A DNA stretch of 64,000 nucleotides from Candidatus Fermentithermobacillaceae bacterium. Lineage in GTDB: Bacteria > Bacillota > Sulfobacillia > Fermentithermobacillales > DUSS01. Shown here one piece after another: positions 20,235-30,650 of this stretch; position 1 is the stretch's first letter, and every line of letters begins with the position of its first letter. The notes below the pieces were generated by a model. It saw nothing but the letters and a program-made list of their open reading frames with translations. It ran no database searches and was not told where the DNA came from. The stretch spans positions 68,571-132,570 of the forward strand of contig JADBKE010000007.1 in the NCBI GenBank assembly GCA_014896535.1. The letters are read 5' to 3'. The position numbers were made by a program, and so were the translations under genes.

Positions 20235-22178
20235 TCATCTGACCGGGCGTGTACCAGCAAAAGCTTCCTCCTTAATGTCGATGACTTCCAGAGCGATTTC
20301 CTCCCTCCCCTGGGACATGCGCAACGAAGGAGACAGTACAACATCCGCGGTCAAGCCGGAAATGCCGGGTGCCACGAAATCCGAAGATCTGCTCAAACCC
20401 CGGTAGTAACAACGCAACGGAACACCCGAGTGCCCTGATATGTAGATTTCGAGGCCGTTGTCGCTCTTCCGCTCGACTTTCCGTATAACCGCCTTACTTA
20501 CGCCCACCAGCGGTCGGGGATTTCCCGGCCCGAAGGGTTCAAGCCTCAAGAGAGAGGCGAGATACTGGCCGCTGAGTTCGTCCGAGGACAGCCAGTCGTC
20601 CAGGGCGATCTCGGGGCGAAGGGCGGGCAGATCCAGATGTTCTTCGGCATACCGCCGGAAGTCCTCGAAGAAAGCTTCGACCTTCTCCGGGAGAACCGAA
20701 AAGCCCCCTGCCTCCCTGTGTCCTCCCCAGGTTTCGAGGTGCCTGGAACACGAAGAAAGACCCGACCACACGTCAAAGCCGGGCACAGCCCGTACGGAGC
20801 CTTTCAGAATGCCGCTGCCTCCCGCCAGCGCCACGGGGCGCCAGAACGCATCCCTGATCCTCGATGCCACCACGCCGATCACCCCGGGATGCCACGAGGG
20901 TGACCACGCACTTACCAGCGCTTCTCCGGCCGGGTTTCCTCGTTCCTCGAGCATCGCCACGCACTCTGCGGCGATCTGGTCCTCGGCCGCCTTTCGCTCG
21001 GCATTGAGCTCGTCCAGGAGCAAGGCGAGGCGCGCAGCTCCCGTCTCATCAGGGGCGGTCAAAAGCTCGTAAGAAAGTCGCGCTTCCTTCATTCGACCCG
21101 CCGCATTCAATCTGGGAACCAGTCCAAACGTCACGTCTCTTTCCAGGTTCAGCCTTTCCCCGCAAAGTCCGGCCACCGCCGCCAAGGCACGTATTCCGGG
21201 ACGGTCCGGCCTTCTCAAAAGTTCGAGACCGACCTCGAGCCACCTGCGATTTTGACCTAGAACGCTCACACCGTCCGCTGCAACGGACAGCGTCACGAGG
21301 TCCAACCAATTTCCTGGCTCCTCACATGTCCCGACCCGGCCGCGCGTCTTCAGCTCGCCGCGTACCCCCGTCTCCGCGTGGGCTCCCGCCTCCGCCAGCA
21401 GGCGACGGGCGACCAGGTACGCTACCCCTGCTCCCGACAGGTTCTCGAGACCCGAGTTCGACCATTCGGGCATCTGCGGATCGACCAGGGCAATCGCCAG
21501 CGGGAGAGTCTGGCCTGGAATGTGGTGATCCGTGACTATGACGTCCAGTCCGAGTCCCGCCGCCTCCCGGAAACCGGAGCCTCCCGCTATGCCGCAGTCC
21601 ACAGTTATGATTAAAGTCGCACCCTGGCTCGCGAGAACCCGGACCCCTTCCGCGTGAAAGCCGTATCCTTCCCTTAACCGGCAGGGAAAGTATACGAGGA
21701 CCGGGTGAATCCCGCAGCGTTCGAGGGCTTCCCTCATGATGACAGCTGAGGTAACGCCGTCTGTATCGTAGTCGGCGTAAATTCCCACCGCTTCCCCGTT
21801 CTTTCGGGCGAGCAGGATTCGCCTTACGGCTCTGTGGAGTTGCTCTTCGGCCTCGTCGGGAAGAACCGGCATCAGGTCCGAAGGCCTAGCAGGGCGGAAC
21901 AGTTCGGCCGCCCGACGTAAGTCACCCTGCGCCCGCCGAAGGGCAACTCTGGCAGTCCCTTCCGGGATGCCAGTCTCTCGGGAAAGTCTCAAGACTTTCG
22001 CCGGGTCGACCTCGGAAGGTGCTTTCCAGACGTAATCCAAGCGAGGCGCCACTTTTCTCAAGACGCCGCTCAAAACGTTCGATCCGTTTTTCGAGGGCTT
22101 TTTCCTCGAGTCCGTATCCGCGCTATTCTCTTTTCCTTCCAGATTCCCTTTCACGGTCTGCCGATCCTTGCCAGTCAT
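20235..22178 (-). CDS. recJ: Single-stranded-DNA-specific exonuclease RecJ
   Basis: DHH-family motifs DYDTDG, TVDCG, TDHH, PRLNAAGR and GGH; upstream of apt-relA. Confidence 0.9.
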   Translation of the reverse strand: MTGKDRQTVKGNLEGKENSADTDSRKKPSKNGSNVLSGVLRKVAPRLDYVWKAPSEVDPAKVLRLSRETGIPEGTARVALRRAQGDLRRAAELFRPARPSDLMPVLPDEAEEQLHRAVRRILLARKNGEAVGIYADYDTDGVTSAVIMREALERCGIHPVLVYFPCRLREGYGFHAEGVRVLASQGATLIITVDCGIAGGSGFREAAGLGLDVIVTDHHIPGQTLPLAIALVDPQMPEWSNSGLENLSGAGVAYLVARRLLAEAGAHAETGVRGELKTRGRVGTCEEPGNWLDLVTLSVAADGVSVLGQNRRWLEVGLELLRRPDRPGIRALAAVAGLCGERLNLERDVTFGLVPRLNAAGRMKEARLSYELLTAPDETGAARLALLLDELNAERKAAEDQIAAECVAMLEERGNPAGEALVSAWSPSWHPGVIGVVASRIRDAFWRPVALAGGSGILKGSVRAVPGFDVWSGLSSCSRHLETWGGHREAGGFSVLPEKVEAFFEDFRRYAEEHLDLPALRPEIALDDWLSSDELSGQYLASLLRLEPFGPGNPRPLVGVSKAVIRKVERKSDNGLEIYISGHSGVPLRCYYRGLSRSSDFVAPGISGLTADVVLSPSLRMSQGREEIALEVIDIKEEAFAGTRPVR

Positions 22179-22464
22179 AGGTTTTGAGCTTCTGCACCTC
22201 GTCCTCGAGTTCTTTGGCTCTTTCCATCTCGGCCACGAGCTTCGTTTCGAGCTCGTGTACTCTTCGCTTCAGTCCAAAACTCTTCACCCAGACCCACACG
22301 GCTCCTACCAGCACTCCTATGCAGAGAGAGGCCAGAACGACGAGGGCTAAGTTCAACTCCACGGACCAGACGAGGAAACTCAACTCCACCATTCCCGCAT
22401 TTTGCACTGCAAAAACGACCACCAGGATTAAAAGGGCTATCACTACCAACAGCATGGACTTCAC
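22123..22464 (-). CDS. LapA (DUF1049) family small membrane protein
   Basis: FAVQN motif between two TM helices followed by a coiled coil. Confidence 0.85.
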   Translation of the reverse strand: MKSMLLVVIALLILVVVFAVQNAGMVELSFLVWSVELNLALVVLASLCIGVLVGAVWVWVKSFGLKRRVHELETKLVAEMERAKELEDEVQKLKTYDWQGSADRERESGRKRE

Positions 22465-22614
22465 CTCGCTGGTCCTTTTTCGTCCCCGAGTGAGATTTAC
22501 CCTCTGTGTATGCCCTGCGGGGGATTATCTGTTCTCCCGCGACACCCGGACCGTGCTGCGCCCTACGATGCCACCGTCGGTGGCCAAACTCGGACCGGAC
22601 GCGGTATCGCCGCG

Positions 22615-24090
22615 TCACGAGATTTTTGCGTCGCTTTGCGCCAGTGCCATTTCCGCAAGGAGTGCATATTCCAGCCTCATTTTCATGAGCTCGCAGCCCA
22701 ACGCGTAAGGTATTGAGATATCTCCGTTAAACTCGTAGGCGCTGGCATGACAACCTCCGCCGCAGTAGAACCGCGCCCAGCACGAGGCGCACACGTCCTT
22801 GGAATATACGTGGGTCCCTGCGAACCGCCTCCGGAGAGCCTCGCCCTTTCCGGGGTCAATGCCGGAAAACACATCGCCCATTTTGAACTCCCCGTGTCCG
22901 GCAAAGCGGTGGCACGGATAAAGGTCACCGGAAGGCGCCACGGCAAAGTATTCAACCCCGGCCCCGCAGCCGGTCAGGCGCTTGTACACGCAAGGGCCGC
23001 CGTCCGAAGGCACTATGAAGTGGTAGAAAGAAAACCGGCGGCCGGTCCGGGCGGAGCGCACGTAGAACGCAAACAGCTTTTCGTACTCCCGCCGGAGCCG
23101 CTCGAGGTCTTCCTGACGGATGGCGTAAGGAGCTTCCTCGCCCGCTATCACCGGTTCCATGGAGATCTTGTCGAATCCCAGATTCACCAGGTGCTCGACG
23201 TCGGAGGCGAAGTCGAGAGACTGGCGGGTAAAGGTCCCGCGAACCCAGTAGTCGTTGAATCGTAAGGGCGACCCCGTATCGCTCGCCGGTCGTTTCTGCC
23301 CGTCGGAACCGAACTCCGGCTCGCCGAGGACATACCGTTTGTACTTCGCCAAAACCGCCTGGTAGGTGCCGCCTCCGCCGGGAAACACCCGCATTTCGTC
23401 GTGGACCCCGGGCCTGCCGTCCATGCTCAAAATCACGGACACACGGTGGTCTAACAGCAACCGGACGATTTCGTCGTTGAGGAGGATGCCGTTGGTGGTC
23501 AGCGTGAACTTGATTGTCTTTCCCGCGGCTCGGGCTTTCTCCTCCCCGTAAAGGATTGCATCTTTGACGACGTCGAAGACTAAAAGGGGCTCGCCCCCGA
23601 AGAAGTCCACCTCGCACCGGGAGCGCTTCCCCAGCCCGGCGAAGAGGAAATCGAGACTCCGGCGGGCCACCTCCGGGGACATCTTGGACCGATCGATGCG
23701 CCCGCCCTTGGCGAAGCAGTACCTGCAGCGCAGATTGCAGTCGTTGGTTACGAGGAGGCAGAGGGCTTTGACGTGATCGGGCTCCGGGGGTATGTAGCTT
23801 AAACCGACCGGGTCCGGCCTGGCAAACCTCCCGGTGCGCCGGAGTTCCTCGAGCTCGGCGATAGCTTCTTCAACGTCACTTACGTCGTAACGCGTGGACA
23901 GCGCAGAGAGCGCTTCTTCCTGGTTGGTGCCATCATATACATCCAGAAGGTCCCAGGTTATCTCATCTATGCTGTACAGGGACCCGGTGTTGACGTCTAG
24001 GAGCGCCCGAAGACCCCCGGCCCTGAATTTATGCCAGTCCTTTTTCAAAAAAGCGGTCCCAGCCCGGGATCCCGGAAGTTGCGTGCCCAT
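22615..24090 (-). CDS. scfB: SCIFF/ranthipeptide radical SAM-SPASM maturase
   Basis: N-terminal RRE-like region, CNLRCRYC, FFGGEP, GPCVYKRLTGCGAG..YPCH and CASCWARFYCGGGC; follows scfA. Confidence 0.93.
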   Translation of the reverse strand: MGTQLPGSRAGTAFLKKDWHKFRAGGLRALLDVNTGSLYSIDEITWDLLDVYDGTNQEEALSALSTRYDVSDVEEAIAELEELRRTGRFARPDPVGLSYIPPEPDHVKALCLLVTNDCNLRCRYCFAKGGRIDRSKMSPEVARRSLDFLFAGLGKRSRCEVDFFGGEPLLVFDVVKDAILYGEEKARAAGKTIKFTLTTNGILLNDEIVRLLLDHRVSVILSMDGRPGVHDEMRVFPGGGGTYQAVLAKYKRYVLGEPEFGSDGQKRPASDTGSPLRFNDYWVRGTFTRQSLDFASDVEHLVNLGFDKISMEPVIAGEEAPYAIRQEDLERLRREYEKLFAFYVRSARTGRRFSFYHFIVPSDGGPCVYKRLTGCGAGVEYFAVAPSGDLYPCHRFAGHGEFKMGDVFSGIDPGKGEALRRRFAGTHVYSKDVCASCWARFYCGGGCHASAYEFNGDISIPYALGCELMKMRLEYALLAEMALAQSDAKIS

Positions 24091-24108
24091 CGTGACCTTC
24101 TCCGGCCT

Positions 24109-24264
24109 CTATCTTCTTCGCGAAGTGGTCTTGTTCACGCACTCCTGGTTGGATACGGTGCACGAAGTTTTGCAAGCCGATTGGCAAGACGCCTGGCACT
24201 CACCGCATCCCCTGTTTTCGATTTGGTCGAGTTCTCCCTTAACCACCAGCTGGATGTGCTTCAT
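24109..24264 (-). CDS. scfA: Six-cysteine ranthipeptide (SCIFF) precursor
   Basis: MKHI...GCGECQASCQSACKTSCTVSNQEC matches the SCIFF pattern; 51 aa from ATG 24264. Confidence 0.95.
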   Translation of the reverse strand: MKHIQLVVKGELDQIENRGCGECQASCQSACKTSCTVSNQECVNKTTSRRR

Positions 24265-24348
24265 TTTAAAACCCCTTTCAATGCGGAGTCGGACAGTACC
24301 CATGATAGCAGGAACGCGATGAAGCTTGAAGATCGCTTCGCGACGCCG

Positions 24349-25221
24349 CTAAATTGTCGCCAGAAGCTCCCGAAGCTCGGAGATGTTAAGATCCGGCAGA
24401 AATTCGTCGGGCACTTCCAGGAGCGGCATCCCTTCGAACCGGCATAACGCCGCCTTCATCCCAAAGCTCTTGGGGCCTGCCACATCCTCGAGAAACCTGT
24501 CGCCGACGAAGAGGGTCTCCCGTGGAAAAACCCCCGCCCTATCCAGAGCTTCCTTGTAGATGGCCGGATGAGGCTTCCGCCAGCCGGTCTCGGAACTGAG
24601 AACGCGGAAGTTGACCCTTTCGAGGATCCCAGACTCGAGGAGATACCGGTCTATGATCTTCGGAGGTATGCTGGTATTGGACACGATGCCCAGGATAAAC
24701 CCCCGCTCTTTTAACGCGTCCAGAGTACCCAGGGTATCGGGATATGTCTTGCATCTCTCACACAATCTCGCGGCGAACTCCAACGCCACCGGGGTGATAA
24801 GACCCGCGTCAATAGTCACACCGGCGCCCTTCAGCGAATCGCGGACGGCACTCGTGAAATCCGCTTCCCTCAGGTGAGAAAGGTTAGGGAAAAGCTCTGG
24901 GTCAAGACTGCCTCGTTTCTTGTCCTGACCCTTGTCCGGTGCGATCCCCCGCCTCTTCAAGAGAGACAACTCGTGCAGAAGGTCTTCCTGGAGTCCAGGG
25001 CTCGGCATCATCCCCAAGCCGTCTATCCTGTCCCTGATGCTCGTCATGAAAAACTCGACCTCGACGTGCTTCCCGGAAACACAAAAAACCTTTTGAAGCA
25101 GCTCTCTCGCCGCCTCCTCCAGAACTTCCTCCCGCTTCCTATCTCCAAACGGCATCCAGAGCGTGCCTCCCAGGTCGAATAAGACCGCTTTGATACGACG
25201 TCCGGTTGAGTCCCGGGTCAT
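24349..25221 (-). CDS. HAD-superfamily hydrolase
   Basis: AVLFDLGGTL, GIVSNT, RKPHPAIY and FVGD..EDVAG motifs; start estimated at ATG 25221. Confidence 0.85.
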   Translation of the reverse strand: MTRDSTGRRIKAVLFDLGGTLWMPFGDRKREEVLEEAARELLQKVFCVSGKHVEVEFFMTSIRDRIDGLGMMPSPGLQEDLLHELSLLKRRGIAPDKGQDKKRGSLDPELFPNLSHLREADFTSAVRDSLKGAGVTIDAGLITPVALEFAARLCERCKTYPDTLGTLDALKERGFILGIVSNTSIPPKIIDRYLLESGILERVNFRVLSSETGWRKPHPAIYKEALDRAGVFPRETLFVGDRFLEDVAGPKSFGMKAALCRFEGMPLLEVPDEFLPDLNISELRELLATI

Positions 25222-25431
25222 CCACGAACACCTGCCGGTTTCGCCGCACGGTTTCCTCGCCCATCTTCTCATCTTGAACGGCAGCGTGACAACGTCCGAC
25301 GGCTTGAAGGTCCCGACCGGGTTACACAAAACCGAGGCCCGTATGCGAGCCGAGAACGATTTGGCCTCGGGGCATTTTCCCATTTCCGGGTTAAACCCCG
25401 AGGCAGTCGCCTTGCACCTGGTCTTTACGCT

Positions 25432-26643
25432 CTAAGGCCGACCTACAACTTCCTTTACTATCTCCGCGAATTCCCGATCAGAGACTGTGCCTTTCTTCGC
25501 TATTCCCAGTTGCTTGACCCGGTTCAATACGGCTCGCGCTTCCTCCTCACTGAGCGCTATCCCCATTTCTTCAGCTTTTATCTTGACCGAGTTGATTCCA
25601 CTTTTCTTTCCCAACACCACTCCCGGAGAACTTCCCACAAACCGCGGGTCGAGGGAAAACATTGCAAGCGGGTACTTAATCACCGTATCGATCCCGATAC
25701 CCGACTCTCTTACAAAGTTGCCGTCCCCCACGATGGGCTTATTGGGGGCCATGGGGAAGCCGGAAAGTTCCCGCAACACCTTCGAAGCTTCTTTTAGTTT
25801 GTCAAAGCGGATACCCGTATCGACCCCGCACAGTACCTTCAGGGCAACCGCCACTTCCTCCAGCGGGGCATTGCCCGTCCGCTCGCCCATACCGTTCATA
25901 CATACGTGCACCACGCTCGCACCCGCAGCTACCGCATAAATCGAGTTGATGACGGCCATCCCGAGATCGTTGTGGGTGTGGATCTCAACGGGTACCCCGA
26001 CGAGGTTCTTAACCTTTCTGACAAGGTAAGCGATGGCTTCGGGCAAAGCACAACCCACCGTGTCCACCACACCGACGGCATCGGGCTTCGCGTCCCGAGC
26101 TACCCCGGACAGCACGTTTTCCAGCTCGACCGGGTCGGCACGGGTGGTATCGTAAGGGAAGTATACGGTGTACAGCCCGAGACTCTTCGAGTAGTTGATG
26201 GCTTCGACGCTGACGTCCAGGACCTTCTGCCACGTCCACCCGAACTGATATTCAAGTTTTGGCTTACCGATTGGTACCTCGATGATTACCCCGGAGCACC
26301 CGCAATCTTTCGCCTGGTCGAGGTCGGATTTCATGGCCCGCACGAAGCCCATGATCTGAGCTCTTCCGCCCATCCGGGCGATTGCTCTGATAGCCTTCGC
26401 GTCGTCTTCCGAAACAGCAGGCATGCCCGCCTCGATGCGACCAACCCCCAGCTCCTCGAGCAGCGCAGCGATGCGCACTTTCTCTTCGCTCCTGAAAACC
26501 ACACCCGGGGTCTGTTCACCATCCCTGAGCGTAGCGTCGTGCAATATTACCCTGTGGTCGAAGGTCAGCGTTCGCGATACTTCGGGTATGTGGTTGTAGG
26601 GACTCGTCCACCAGTAATCAGTTCGCCAGGGTCGTTCTGTCAT
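25432..26643 (-). CDS. DRE-TIM metallolyase, homocitrate/isopropylmalate synthase-like (no regulatory domain)
   Basis: DATLRDGEQ, HTHNDLG and GMGERTGNA; GGAGG RBS before ATG 26643. Confidence 0.85.
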   Translation of the reverse strand: MTERPWRTDYWWTSPYNHIPEVSRTLTFDHRVILHDATLRDGEQTPGVVFRSEEKVRIAALLEELGVGRIEAGMPAVSEDDAKAIRAIARMGGRAQIMGFVRAMKSDLDQAKDCGCSGVIIEVPIGKPKLEYQFGWTWQKVLDVSVEAINYSKSLGLYTVYFPYDTTRADPVELENVLSGVARDAKPDAVGVVDTVGCALPEAIAYLVRKVKNLVGVPVEIHTHNDLGMAVINSIYAVAAGASVVHVCMNGMGERTGNAPLEEVAVALKVLCGVDTGIRFDKLKEASKVLRELSGFPMAPNKPIVGDGNFVRESGIGIDTVIKYPLAMFSLDPRFVGSSPGVVLGKKSGINSVKIKAEEMGIALSEEEARAVLNRVKQLGIAKKGTVSDREFAEIVKEVVGRP

Positions 26644-26753
26644 ATTCGATCCTCCAATCCCGATGTGCTCGAATGGTTCGGTCAGGCCGCCGAGCAATTT
26701 TCGAGCAAATACATCCTCCCGAACGAGGGATACTCCTCCATCGCCGAACTTCT

Positions 26754-28634
26754 TTATCGGCGCTTGCTCGCGCGGTAACGTGTGAGATGAATTACCAGGA
26801 AGACCGCGAGGCAGCCCAGCCCAATCAGGTCCGTTACAAAGCCGGGGTCGATTAGCATGATACCGGCCGCACCGGCGAGGAGTCGTTCAACGAAGGTGCA
26901 CGGGAGAAAACCGTAGCCTTCGACCGCTATTGCAAACATGGTTACGCCGGTAACCGAGGTTGCAATGGCGCGGAGTATGGCGACGGCGGAACCCTGCATT
27001 AGCAGTTCCGGACCGTAAATCCAAAGATACGGGACGATAAACGAAACGAGTCCGAAACGAAAGGCGGTCCATCCGACTTTATTCGGATCGGTCTTGGCTA
27101 TGGCCGCCGCAGCGTAAGACGACAGCGCGACTGGCGGCGTTATCGTGGAGATGCAACCGAAGTAAAACACGAACAGGTGAGCCGCCAACAATGGAACACC
27201 CAATTTTACCAGAGCCGGTACAGCCATCACAGCAAGAACCACATACGCAGCGGTCGTCGGCAAACCACACCCGAGTATCAGCGAAGCAATCATCGTGAGG
27301 ATAAGCGCGAACAACTTGCTTTGGCCCGACATCGATAGCACGACCTGAGAAAACTTGAGGCCGAGCCCGGACATCCCCGTAACCCCGACGATTATGCCGG
27401 CGCAGGCGCAGGCAGCGGCTATGGTAATCATCCCTCTGGCCCCTTCTTCCAGGGATTGGTATACCCTGCGGAAGAAGCCTCTCCGGTCTTTGTTGAACAT
27501 CAGGTCGAGCACGAGAATGGAGCCGATAGCAAGCGTAACGGCCTTCGTGGGCGTCATGCCCTTCACGATAGCCACGGTGAGAAGCACGATGACGATGAGG
27601 AAATACCCTTTGTCGGCGATTGCCTTTTTGAGAGGCGGTCTTTCGGACGGAGGAAGTGTAGGAATATCTTCCTTGAGGGCTTCCAGGTGAACTAGAACAT
27701 GTGCGCTCAAGAAATAAAGGATAGCGGGGATCGCAGCGGCTTTCATAACCTCTGCATACGGAACGTTGATCATCTCCGCCATCAGGAAAGCTGCGGCCCC
27801 CATAACCGGAGGCATGATCTGCCCGCCGGTTGAGGCGAGAGCTTCGACCGCCCCGGCCACCCAGGGTTTGTATCCGATTTTCTTCATCATGGGAATGGTA
27901 AACGTTCCGGTGGTGACCACGTTCGCAACCGCCGACCCGGATATCGTGCCGACCAACGCGCTGCTCAAGACAGCTGCCTTGGCCGGCCCGCCTCTAAATC
28001 TCCCGGTCAAGGCCAGAGATGCTTCTACGAAGAAATCACCCGCACCGAACTTCTCCAGGAAAGCCCCGAAAATCACGAACAAGGCTACGTACGTAGCCGA
28101 AACAGCCATGGCAACTCCGTAAATTCCCTCGGTCGTCGAGTACAGGAACGCCGTTATCCTCTGAAGCGAGTAGTAGGGGTGACCGAAAAAGCCGGGCAGC
28201 CACGCTCCGAAGTAAGCGTAGGCGAGAAACGCTGTGCCAACAAGCATCAGAGGAAGCCCTACTACACGTCTGGTGATTTCGAGTATGAGAAGCACCGCAA
28301 TGACCCCGAAAACGAGGTCTACCTTGTTGGTTACTCCAGCTTCTTCTGCCACTCTGTCCCAGGTGGCAAGCGCGTATATGCCCGTCGCTGCAGCCAAGGC
28401 CGCCAACAGATAGTCCGCTAATGAAGGTCTCTTGCCTTTGCCTTTAATCGGGTACAGAAGAAAGACGACCGTTGACAGGATCGCCCAGTGTACGCCCCTC
28501 TGAAGCATTGCGGACGACGCGCCGAAAAGTCCCGTATAAATGTGGAACAGGGACAGCACCACGAAAACGATGGATACCGCTCTGGCTAGAATAGAACTTC
28601 TTCCGTGACCCTCTTGTTTAACGGTTTCCGCCAC
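26754..28634 (-). CDS. TRAP transporter fused permease (TAXI-type, 4TM/12TM)
   Basis: GGPAKAAV, SGSAVANV, STGGQIMPPVMGAAAF and ITPPVA motifs; many TM segments. Confidence 0.93.
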   Translation of the reverse strand: MAETVKQEGHGRSSILARAVSIVFVVLSLFHIYTGLFGASSAMLQRGVHWAILSTVVFLLYPIKGKGKRPSLADYLLAALAAATGIYALATWDRVAEEAGVTNKVDLVFGVIAVLLILEITRRVVGLPLMLVGTAFLAYAYFGAWLPGFFGHPYYSLQRITAFLYSTTEGIYGVAMAVSATYVALFVIFGAFLEKFGAGDFFVEASLALTGRFRGGPAKAAVLSSALVGTISGSAVANVVTTGTFTIPMMKKIGYKPWVAGAVEALASTGGQIMPPVMGAAAFLMAEMINVPYAEVMKAAAIPAILYFLSAHVLVHLEALKEDIPTLPPSERPPLKKAIADKGYFLIVIVLLTVAIVKGMTPTKAVTLAIGSILVLDLMFNKDRRGFFRRVYQSLEEGARGMITIAAACACAGIIVGVTGMSGLGLKFSQVVLSMSGQSKLFALILTMIASLILGCGLPTTAAYVVLAVMAVPALVKLGVPLLAAHLFVFYFGCISTITPPVALSSYAAAAIAKTDPNKVGWTAFRFGLVSFIVPYLWIYGPELLMQGSAVAILRAIATSVTGVTMFAIAVEGYGFLPCTFVERLLAGAAGIMLIDPGFVTDLIGLGCLAVFLVIHLTRYRASKRR

Positions 28635-28661
28635 AGTCCGTCACCTCCCGAAACCTTCTAG

Positions 28662-29546
28662 TCAAGCGAGACCAAGGAGAAACCTGGGGTTGTCCCTGGT
28701 CATAACGAAAATCTCTTCGCGGGAGATTCCGCAGCGCAACATCACTTCGCAGAACACCCTCATACCCTCGACGGGCGAAAAAGTCTCAACTTGCCCGTAA
28801 TCGGTTATCATGACGCAGTGGGCAGGACCAACCCTCTTGATTATGGCCGCGATTTCGTGGGGATCCTGGCGCCCGTGGAGAGGTGAGCACACACCGAAGG
28901 AGAGCTCGAGAAGACACCGCGCGGCGACCAACTGGTCAAGTATGTCGGGAGTGAAGTCCTCGAGCCAGGCATTGGGGTGACAGATGGTGAGCTTCCTGAA
29001 GCCTATCTTGACCGCTTCGTCTGCCAGAGCCAGGCACTCTTGGGGCGACACATGTCCGCTGCTCACGACGGCATCGTAGTCTTTGGCGATCTTGAGGATT
29101 TCCCTGACCTCTGCCCTCAGCCGGGAAACAGAACCCTCCTGCAAAAGCGAAATCCCTTGGACCGTGTATCCAAAAGATTTCTTCTGGACGTACTCCTTTA
29201 TCCAGTGGCCCTGAGCCGCTTTTTCAATGCAATATGCAGCGTCTACCGTAGGCATCCAGATATACTTTCCGCCCGTCCTGAGGCAGGATATGACAGACCG
29301 GGGATTCAGTCCCCCGACCGTGTGGTTCAGTGCGATGCCACCAAACACCTTGATCTCCGGGACCACCGTGCTCGTTAGGACCGCTTTTTGCGCCGACGAG
29401 CATAGATGGTCTTTCACTACAATAGCAGCCATGCCTCTCCCGGCAGCTTCTCTCGCCAGAGTGATGCTGTCAGAATACCTGGGACTGTCATCGGGTCCTA
29501 TGTGAATGTGGCAATCTATCGCGCCGCGGAGAAAATCCTCCACCAC
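28662..29546 (-). CDS. Amidohydrolase-like metalloprotein (DUF6282-like)
   Basis: DCHIHIGPD, KDH, WMPT, SGH, CHP and TDYGQ; AAGGAGGG RBS before GTG. Confidence 0.7.
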   Translation of the reverse strand: MVEDFLRGAIDCHIHIGPDDSPRYSDSITLAREAAGRGMAAIVVKDHLCSSAQKAVLTSTVVPEIKVFGGIALNHTVGGLNPRSVISCLRTGGKYIWMPTVDAAYCIEKAAQGHWIKEYVQKKSFGYTVQGISLLQEGSVSRLRAEVREILKIAKDYDAVVSSGHVSPQECLALADEAVKIGFRKLTICHPNAWLEDFTPDILDQLVAARCLLELSFGVCSPLHGRQDPHEIAAIIKRVGPAHCVMITDYGQVETFSPVEGMRVFCEVMLRCGISREEIFVMTRDNPRFLLGLA

Positions 29547-29616
29547 GGTTCCCTCCTTATCTTTGAAAACGGTGGCCCGGCGGCGACAGCCTCCTCCGGG
29601 CCACCAGCGTACCTTG

Positions 29617-30570
29617 TTACTTGATGAGACCCTTCTCTCTGAAGTACTTCTCTGCACCCGGATGGAACGGAATTGGACTCTGCGCAGCAGACTGGAGGGT
29701 TACCTGTTTAATCGAGGCGTGATACTGGCTAAGCGCCGCCAGATTGTCGTAAATGGCACGAGTCAATTTGTAAGCCGTCTCATCATCCATTTTCGCATTT
29801 ACGATGAGAACGTTGCTTACGCCGATCGCGACTGCATCTGTGTCCATCTTGTATGTCTCTGCCGGGACGGTCACCTTGCTGTAATAAGGACATTTCGCGA
29901 TGAGTTCGTCGAACTTAGCCGGGTCGATTTCTACGAATCTCACTTTGTCGGTGGTGGTGAGCTGCATGACCGCCGAAGTCGGGTAGCCGGCGGCAGCCAG
30001 GGCGGCATCCACGTTCCCGTCCTTTAAGGCCATCATGCCGTCCTCGTAAGAGAGATAACTCGGCTTCACATCATCCAGGGTCATGCCGTAAACGGAGAGA
30101 AGGTCGGTGAAAATCGGTATGCTTCCGCCCCCCGCAGGCCCGACGGCAATCCTCTTTCCTCTCAAGTCGTTCACCGTTCGTATGGGCGACTTGTCCAGAA
30201 CTATGATGTGCAGTATGGTCGAGTGGAGAGAACCGAGGGCTCTGATGTCGTACTTCTCTTTGTACGGCTCCATGCCCTTGTAGGCGAAGTATGCTGTGTT
30301 GGCGTTGGTTATTCCCAGGTCGGCCTCTCTATTTCCGACAAGCCGGCAATTTTCGACGGCCCCGCCGGTTACCTCAGCAGTCATGGTAACGCCCTTTACG
30401 TTCTTGGACACTATTTCGGCGATGCCTGTGCCAATCGGATAGTAGGCTCCGCCCATGCTGGCGGTAGCAATGGTCATTCGCTTGGGCCCGGAAGACCCGC
30501 AGGCCGAGAGCACAAAAGACACGATGAGGAGCCCAACGATGATAGCCAGGCTCTTATATGCGGCTTTCAC
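29617..30570 (-). CDS. TAXI-family TRAP solute-binding lipoprotein
   Basis: Lipobox VLSAC, IATASMGGAYY, TGGAVEN and PFHPGA. Confidence 0.92.
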   Translation of the reverse strand: MKAAYKSLAIIVGLLIVSFVLSACGSSGPKRMTIATASMGGAYYPIGTGIAEIVSKNVKGVTMTAEVTGGAVENCRLVGNREADLGITNANTAYFAYKGMEPYKEKYDIRALGSLHSTILHIIVLDKSPIRTVNDLRGKRIAVGPAGGGSIPIFTDLLSVYGMTLDDVKPSYLSYEDGMMALKDGNVDAALAAAGYPTSAVMQLTTTDKVRFVEIDPAKFDELIAKCPYYSKVTVPAETYKMDTDAVAIGVSNVLIVNAKMDDETAYKLTRAIYDNLAALSQYHASIKQVTLQSAAQSPIPFHPGAEKYFREKGLIK

Positions 30571-30650
30571 TTGCTCCACCCCTCGTTTGTGGTTTTGTTC
30601 ATTGGGCTGGTGCCCTGAAACTCGGTGACCCAGCGTCGTCAAAACAAGCC

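Noticed and set aside
7310-21614. Long antisense ORFs (e.g. 13761-14819, 18372-19340, 10629-11399)
   Set aside because: Shadow frames of GC-rich housekeeping genes, with no independent motifs
22615-24264. SCIFF peptide and rSAM as the novel system
   Set aside because: Matches the well-known scfA/scfB ranthipeptide family
24349-25221. DxG instead of DxD in HAD motif I as a sign of inactivation
   Set aside because: The nucleophilic Asp is retained and this variant is common among HAD-like hydrolases
25364-25404. GCCTCGGGG/CCCCGAGGC inverted repeat as a terminator or mobile-element end
   Set aside because: Loop of 23 nt, no U-tract and no second copy seen; too weak to call
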